Part shown: positions 15,554 to 20,000 of the stretch, in pieces | How positions within the stretch are numbered: the stretch's first letter is position 1 | How the letters are laid out: the number at the start of each line of letters is the position of its first letter | From: an uncultured virus (IMG/VR IMGVR_UViG_3300020395_001275) | Lineage: Duplodnaviria > Heunggongvirae > Uroviricota > Caudoviricetes | IMG/VR virus record: IMGVR_UViG_3300020395_001275 | DNA: 20,000 nt | Direction: 5' to 3' (one strand) | Notes under the pieces: generated by a model | The model's input: the letters and a program-made list of their open reading frames with translations, nothing else | The model's database searches: none | What the model was told of the DNA's origin: nothing | Made by a program: the position numbers and the translations under genes

Positions 15554-15962
15554 TGAAGTAGTCTTTTTTCATATAGCGTCCTAAGATGTTTGAGTTGTAA
15601 TAGTTCTCATCCTCACTTAGAACATTGTTGAGGAAGAGTTGTTTGGTTTCTTCATAATTCACCCAACCTTTAGTGATATGTAGTGATATTATTTCTCGTT
15701 TGAAACTGGAATTTCCAAGAGACTTTCTATCGGTATTAAGTTCGTCACTAGATCCATAGTATTTTTTCCAGTCACTCTCACTGCGAACCTTCCTGCTTTT
15801 ACCTCTAGGCTTTCTAAATTGGTAGAAGTATTTACGTCCGATGTATTTCCTACCCGTGATGAGATTTGTAATACAGTAGACGAAACCGAAGAAGCCGTCA
15901 ATGTCAGCAGAAGTAAAAGTTGTACCCTGATAGGTCCAGGGGTTCTCATAATCTCCTTCCAA
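15522..15962 (-). CDS. denA: GIY-YIG endonuclease, T4 endonuclease II (DenA)-like
   Basis: GFVYCITNLITGRKYIGRK, ESDWKKYYGSS and YYNSNI motifs; CTAAATA box at 15984-15990. Confidence 0.8.
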   Translation of the reverse strand: MEGDYENPWTYQGTTFTSADIDGFFGFVYCITNLITGRKYIGRKYFYQFRKPRGKSRKVRSESDWKKYYGSSDELNTDRKSLGNSSFKREIISLHITKGWVNYEETKQLFLNNVLSEDENYYNSNILGRYMKKDYFNEQHTSKTKA

Positions 15963-15969
15963 AGTTTTT

Positions 15970-17061
15970 TCATAATCTTTCTTTATTTAGGGTCATGCCT
16001 TCATACCAATACTTGAAACTAAATGGTGGCCACTGTGCATAACCATAGTCAGTGTTACCAATTGCTTTGTCCCAACTCATACTAACTGAAGCATCTCGAA
16101 ATTTATTAAAGGTTTCGTCAGTAGAGATCAAACTCTTAGCATAGTCCCAAAAAGGTGTATCGTATTTAGATCCAAACTGGTAGTGCCAGAGTATAAAATT
16201 TTGAACTCTTCTAAGATACTTCTTAATATTAGGTCTTGTACCAGTTATTATAGCACTATAAATCTCTCTTGTCCAGTGGAGGTATGCTTCGATGGCGGTA
16301 CTTTCTAATGGTTCTAAGAAAAATAATTTATTACCCTGTAAAAATATCCTATCATCTATGATAGGTTCACGTGCAACGTATGATTCAAATGTCAAATGTC
16401 TAGTGACCTCTACATCAAATTTTTCCCCGAAATTTTTTTCTGCTTCAAATGTATTTGTAATTTCATTATTGTAAATGTAACCAACTGAACCTTCATGCGA
16501 TGGGGATGATGGATCCATGGGTATAACAAATGTCCAACCATCAGGTGTTGCAACACACCTAGTGTACAGTACATCTTTAGTATTCCATTTTGGTTTACCG
16601 AGAACAGCAGCGTTAACAGGGCTGATTAATTTAACCCGATCATCTGGTGTACCACCTCTAGCATCAATAACATAATCAGCATCCACATCTTTAGGATTTA
16701 CATCAGCTTCAGTAACTTTAAATCTTCCAGACTTTAAAATATAATCTTGCATTTCATGGGGACAAAAATGCATAGCCATATTCTCTGCAGGAAATGGTGA
16801 CATAACAAAATCATTTACCTTACCCCACCCCTCATATAAAAAACCTGTCTTGGGTGTGGCATGTACTGGATTGTTATACCAATTAAATTGTCTAGTATTA
16901 TGTAATAGTTGTAATGCACCAGGTATGGTGGCTTGTCCTACAGTTACTGGTGGTATGTGGGGATTATATATTAACTCTACGTCTAATTCTTTTGCATACC
17001 ATGATAAGTATAGGGCGGTGAAACAACCTGCATTACCTGCACCTATGATGCTAACTTTCAA
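15970..17061 (-). CDS. Flavin-dependent halogenase-like protein (tryptophan halogenase/PrnA family)
   Basis: IIGAGNAG Rossmann motif, VGQATIP, ATPKTG (candidate catalytic Lys), GWTFVIP (WxWxIP-like) and FLEPLEST; TTG start coupled to the upstream stop. Confidence 0.85.
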   Translation of the reverse strand: MKVSIIGAGNAGCFTALYLSWYAKELDVELIYNPHIPPVTVGQATIPGALQLLHNTRQFNWYNNPVHATPKTGFLYEGWGKVNDFVMSPFPAENMAMHFCPHEMQDYILKSGRFKVTEADVNPKDVDADYVIDARGGTPDDRVKLISPVNAAVLGKPKWNTKDVLYTRCVATPDGWTFVIPMDPSSPSHEGSVGYIYNNEITNTFEAEKNFGEKFDVEVTRHLTFESYVAREPIIDDRIFLQGNKLFFLEPLESTAIEAYLHWTREIYSAIITGTRPNIKKYLRRVQNFILWHYQFGSKYDTPFWDYAKSLISTDETFNKFRDASVSMSWDKAIGNTDYGYAQWPPFSFKYWYEGMTLNKERL

Positions 17062-17210
17062 TCTGCGTATCCATCATCATCGTCACCACTATACCACTGC
17101 TCTCCATTACTGTCAATATATGCACTCGTGTCTGCGTATACTTCTGACTTTAACTCAGACAGAAGGTCTTCTAAATCTTGTATTAATGTTTTTAATCTCG
17201 TTCTCTGCAT
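17058..17210 (-). CDS. Small acidic hypothetical protein (50 aa)
   Basis: Manual ORF MQRTRLKTLIQDLEDLLSELKSEVYADTSAYIDSNGEQWYSGDDDDGYAD. Confidence 0.7.
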   Translation of the reverse strand: MQRTRLKTLIQDLEDLLSELKSEVYADTSAYIDSNGEQWYSGDDDDGYAD

Positions 17211-17243
17211 AAAAAATCCCCGATTACATTATGTAGTCGGGGA
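17211..17243 (-). terminator. Rho-independent terminator after the DUF4278-like gene
   Basis: Minus strand TCCCCGACTACAT-A-ATGTAATCGGGGA followed by TTTTTT. Confidence 0.75.
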
Positions 17244-17259
17244 ATAAATTAGAGTACCG

Positions 17260-17400
17260 TTAACTCTTTGAAGCGAACTTACGTTTTACTTTGATACCAC
17301 GATACATTAGATCGAAGTTTCTCTGTTGTGCTTCCGCTTGTACCATTTTACGGTACTCTTCAGTGTCATACTGGACACCACGGTATGTGACGTTTGCCAT
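17260..17400 (-). CDS. DUF4278-like small protein (46 aa, two YRG motifs)
   Basis: Manual ORF MANVTYRGVQYDTEEYRKMVQAEAQQRNFDLMYRGIKVKRKFASKS; AGGAG RBS; lies downstream of glutamine-riboswitch-like RNA, the known context of DUF4278. Confidence 0.85.
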   Translation of the reverse strand: MANVTYRGVQYDTEEYRKMVQAEAQQRNFDLMYRGIKVKRKFASKS

Positions 17401-17435
17401 TTGCTTTGCTCCTGTTGGAATTGGGTTGATTAGAC

Positions 17436-17654
17436 CGTTCCTTCAGTCGGCTTTTGCGTCCTCAAAACATCCTTCTTCTTCTACTTTTGTAGCAAAATAG
17501 TTAATCAGATCTGACTTGCTTCTGTCATCAAGATGTTCATCTTGCATAACTTGAACAGCGAGCTCTGACCACTGAACACATTTAATAGTCCAATGGACTG
17601 GTTCATGTGATGCTAATAAAGATAGGTAAAAAAGAAAGGGCATGAGGATGAACG
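17436..17654 (-). ncRNA. Second glutamine-riboswitch-like aptamer, split by a 180-nt P2 insert
   Basis: 5' half CGTTCATCCTC (17654-17644) and 3' half GAGGACGCAAAAGCCGACTGAAGGAACG (17463-17436); P1 CGTTC/GAACG and P2 TCCTC/GAGGA. Confidence 0.7.
17443..17643 (-). CDS. 66-aa hypothetical protein nested in the riboswitch aptamer
   Basis: ORF track MPFLFYLSLLASHEP...EEEGCFEDAKAD; hydrophobic N-terminus and two Cys; the last codons and the stop are encoded by the aptamer 3' half. Confidence 0.7.
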   Translation of the reverse strand: MPFLFYLSLLASHEPVHWTIKCVQWSELAVQVMQDEHLDDRSKSDLINYFATKVEEEGCFEDAKAD

Positions 17655-17658
17655 AACC

Positions 17659-17699
17659 CGTTCCGAGTCGGCTTACTTGCGTCCCATGTGGGATGAACG
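17659..17699 (-). ncRNA. Glutamine-riboswitch-like aptamer (glnA/Downstream-peptide family), compact unit
   Basis: CGTTC-A-TCCC-ACAT-GGGA-CGCAAGTAAGCCGACTC-G-GAACG: P1 CGTTC/GAACG, a P2 hairpin, and a CGCA...CGAC/AGTA junction. Confidence 0.75.
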
Positions 17700-17704
17700 T
17701 AAAG

Positions 17705-17732
17705 GTATGTTAGCATACCCACATGTATTTAG
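17705..17732 (-). promoter_or_regulatory. Promoter region of the riboswitch leader: late box CTAAATA and NtcA-like palindrome
   Basis: CTAAATA at 17726-17732; GTATGTTAGCATAC (GTA-N8-TAC) at 17705-17718. Confidence 0.5.
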
Positions 17733-17739
17733 TCAAGCT

Positions 17740-17973
17740 CTACTTATAATTCTGCAACCATTCCTTTAAAGATGTCTGGTATCCTGACTCTCTACTAGGA
17801 GGTTCCTTAATCCCTTTCATCTTCTTGTAATCGTTGTGCATTGCTCCCAGTAACCATGCCTGTGCTAGTTGCTGAGGACCCTCTTTCAACAATCGGATTT
17901 GATATTTCGAGAGACCAGCCTTCATCTCCAAATACTCCTCTCTCCACGATGTGTGGGGTTGTTGGTTCGTCAT
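17740..17973 (-). CDS. Conserved cyanophage hypothetical protein
   Basis: ORF track 77 aa (WREEY...LLKEGP...QAWLLGAM). Confidence 0.75.
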   Translation of the reverse strand: MTNQQPHTSWREEYLEMKAGLSKYQIRLLKEGPQQLAQAWLLGAMHNDYKKMKGIKEPPSRESGYQTSLKEWLQNYK

Positions 17974-18199
17974 GTTCTTCCCAATGTTTCTTGAGTGCCT
18001 CTGCCTGACGGTCTACGTCACGCATGTTATTATATATTTTAACATCAATCCAAAAATTTTTCAACCACTCGATAACACCAAGCAATAAAAAAGAGATGGG
18101 AAACTTTTGTTTCTTAGCCCATCTCTGTGCCTTCATGTACCATGTGATTTTACCTGATCCAATTAGTAATGTCTTTTCAAATTTAATCTTAGGCATCAT
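17807..18199 (-). CDS. Hypothetical protein
   Basis: ORF track 130 aa; ATGA-coupled to the upstream ORF; its 3' 167 nt overlap the next gene in another frame. Confidence 0.6.
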   Translation of the reverse strand: MMPKIKFEKTLLIGSGKITWYMKAQRWAKKQKFPISFLLLGVIEWLKNFWIDVKIYNNMRDVDRQAEALKKHWEEHDEPTTPHIVERGVFGDEGWSLEISNPIVERGSSATSTGMVTGSNAQRLQEDERD

Positions 18200-18423
18200 C
18201 CACCTGCCATATCATTATAGTCAATGTCTTCAGCATCAACGATTGCTTGCATCATCTCTGCTATGTCCTCCTCTGGTCTAGGATTTTCATAGTCAACTAA
18301 ACCTTCCTTTTTTAATTCATTATAATTATAACATTTTTCAAAAGTTAGTTTAATTTTAGGTTCAGAGTGAGAATCCTTTAAAGGTTTCTTTGGTGACATC
18401 TTGTTTGATTCCTCCGACGACAT
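18196..18423 (-). CDS. Hypothetical protein (start uncertain)
   Basis: ORF track 75 aa; fills the gap after nrdB; its N-terminus overlaps the end of nrdB. Confidence 0.55.
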   Translation of the reverse strand: MSSEESNKMSPKKPLKDSHSEPKIKLTFEKCYNYNELKKEGLVDYENPRPEEDIAEMMQAIVDAEDIDYNDMAGG

Positions 18424-19528
18424 AAGATTCGATCTCCGTTTCTTGTGGTGCGTTCTGTTGTCCCTTACTATTTAACCAGTACTGTGTCCATGGTAAAGGA
18501 TTGTTTCGCATACCAATGTCATACAATGGATCGAAACCAATAGCACGTAGTCTACGGTTAGCAGTAAACTCTACGTACTGTGATAATAACTTTTCATTTA
18601 GTCCTATCATACTACCATCTTTGAAAAGGTATGATGCCCATGCCTTCTCTTCTTCGACAGTGTTCTTAAACATCTCTATGATGTTGGATTTTTCTTCTGC
18701 AGCGATGCCCACCATTTCTTCATCGTCACCATCTTGCCAGGCTTTGATGATCTGTTGAGTAAGGACAAGATGTTGGCTTTCATCTCTGGCGATAAGAGAG
18801 ATAATTTTAGCGGATCCTTCCATAAGCTTGAGTTCACCAAACGCAAACGAGCAAGCGAAGGAGACATAGAACCTAATGCCTTCAAGAATGTTGACGTTGA
18901 GGACTGCTCTGTATAATTTTCTTTTGAGTTCTTTCCTGTCATAAGTGCCTGTGGTGTGTCCTTCTACTGCTAGTCTCCATGCGTTACCACTATCATATTC
19001 ATGTCCATGATTTATTAGTTCATCGTATGATGATGTTACTGAGTTTGCACGACTTAATATCTTATCATCACCAAGGATAGTATCAAACACTTCACTTGGA
19101 TCAGGGTATATATTTTTTATTATATATGTGTATGATCTACTATGGATCATCTCCATGAGTTGCCATACATTCATTGCTCCCTCCAGTTCTGGAAGAGAGC
19201 AATAGGGCATGAATGCCATACCAGGTGCTCGACCTTGTACACTGTCAAGCATGATCTGGTACTTCAGATTTGAAGTATATATATGCTTTTGTTCTGGGGT
19301 AAGCAATTTATAATCTGCTCTATCCTTTTGGAGTGATACCTCCTCAGGTCTCCAGAAATAACCTAACTGTTGTGTGGTTAGTTTATCAAATACAGGATAC
19401 TTATACTCATCATATCTTTGGAGACCAAGGGGTTGTCCAAAGAACATAGGTTGACTTTTAACATCAACATAGTTGGTATTGAATACCGTTACCCCATCAA
19501 ATTTTTCTTCGTTAGAATATCCGTTCAT
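18362..19528 (-). CDS. nrdB: Ribonucleotide reductase class Ia, beta subunit
   Basis: YFWRPEEVSL, LDSVQG, EMIHSRSY, LEGIRFYVSF, RDESQH and APQETEIESY motifs. Confidence 0.98.
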   Translation of the reverse strand: MNGYSNEEKFDGVTVFNTNYVDVKSQPMFFGQPLGLQRYDEYKYPVFDKLTTQQLGYFWRPEEVSLQKDRADYKLLTPEQKHIYTSNLKYQIMLDSVQGRAPGMAFMPYCSLPELEGAMNVWQLMEMIHSRSYTYIIKNIYPDPSEVFDTILGDDKILSRANSVTSSYDELINHGHEYDSGNAWRLAVEGHTTGTYDRKELKRKLYRAVLNVNILEGIRFYVSFACSFAFGELKLMEGSAKIISLIARDESQHLVLTQQIIKAWQDGDDEEMVGIAAEEKSNIIEMFKNTVEEEKAWASYLFKDGSMIGLNEKLLSQYVEFTANRRLRAIGFDPLYDIGMRNNPLPWTQYWLNSKGQQNAPQETEIESYVVGGIKQDVTKETFKGFSL

Positions 19529-20000
19529 TATATTTTACAAGATTCGCAATCGTCATCTGCTGTTTCTACCTCAGCAATTAAACTCTCTAGTTTACTCTTC
19601 TTATCTTCTATGATATCATCACCATCTTTCTTAGCATCATATGTATTCTGATAGTAAGAAGTCTTCCAACCATATTTGTATGTGGTCAATAGATCCTTTG
19701 CCATTTCAGACGTAGGTACTTCATTACCCTCATAGTTCTCTGGATTATAACTCCAGTTACCTGAGATTGCTTGGTCAAAGAACTTTTGTATGACTGCCGT
19801 AACTTTTATATATCCATCGTTACTTGGCATATCCCACAGTAATGTGTAAGCATTTTTTAGATGCGGATAGCCTGGTACAATTTGCTTAAGAGGTCCTTTC
19901 TTAGACTTCTTAATAGATAGATAATCTCTTGGTGGTTCAATACCATTAGTAGCATTTGAAACAACTGAAGAAGACTCTGATGGCATCTGTGCAGACAGTG
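19528..20000 (-). CDS. nrdA: Ribonucleotide reductase class Ia, alpha subunit (3' end; starts beyond the window)
   Basis: TLSAQMPSESSSVVSNATNGIEPP, QKFFDQAISGN, GWKTSYY and C-terminal CESCKI. Confidence 0.98.
   Translation of the reverse strand, partial: LSAQMPSESSSVVSNATNGIEPPRDYLSIKKSKKGPLKQIVPGYPHLKNAYTLLWDMPSNDGYIKVTAVIQKFFDQAISGNWSYNPENYEGNEVPTSEMAKDLLTTYKYGWKTSYYQNTYDAKKDGDDIIEDKKSKLESLIAEVETADDDCESCKI

Noticed and set aside
15522..15962. GIY-YIG gene as a mobile homing endonuclease
   Set aside because: It is a short single-domain protein with no DNA-binding tail and is not inside an intron; it fits the core endonuclease II-like family better.
3681..18916. Plus-strand ORFs from the track antisense to minus-strand genes (3681, 4236, 5540, 7121, 10565, 11110, 11685, 15819, 16292, 16850, 17291, 18024, 18501, 18734) and 19418..19651
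   Set aside because: They are shadows of well-supported minus-strand genes, with no motifs or RBS and atypical composition.
9223..18942. Same-strand alternative-frame ORFs (9223..9405, 9809..10018, 11459..11644, 14808..15011, 15689..15973, 18676..18942)
   Set aside because: They are nested within better-supported genes and show no recognisable features.
1..20000. tRNA, rRNA, CRISPR arrays, IS elements
   Set aside because: No cloverleaf or T-loop signatures, regularly spaced repeats or transposase ORFs were seen. The repeat at 17436-17699 is explained by the tandem aptamers.
1..20000. Window being host (Prochlorococcus) chromosome
   Set aside because: T4-like class Ia nrdAB, TalC-type transaldolase, a denA-like nuclease, TATAAATA late promoters, a solitary ndhI and dense small ORFs indicate a cyanomyovirus.

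Overview
This window is a 20-kb segment of a T4-like marine cyanomyovirus genome, most likely infecting Prochlorococcus (judged from the D1, CP12 and hli types). Almost all genes lie on the minus strand. In transcription order they are: the 3' end of nrdA, nrdB, small core hypotheticals, a glutamine-riboswitch-like tandem element ahead of a DUF4278-like YRG-repeat protein, a flavin-dependent halogenase-like gene, a GIY-YIG endonuclease II-like gene, ndhI, 2OG-Fe(II) oxygenases, four hli genes and membrane micro-proteins, ho1, psbA with a structured PhotoRC-II-like leader, a PsbN-like gene, many small ORFs, cp12 and the 5' part of talC. One three-gene plus-strand operon encodes putative exported proteins. 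The most striking observation is at about 17.26-17.73 kb. Two tandem glutamine-aptamer-like units precede the DUF4278-like gene, and the second unit is split by a 180-nt insert in its P2 loop. A 66-aa ORF starts at the first base of that insert and its stop codon lies inside the 3' half of the aptamer. An NtcA-type GTA-N8-TAC box lies immediately upstream. All calls come from manual reading and recalled family motifs; no searches were run.
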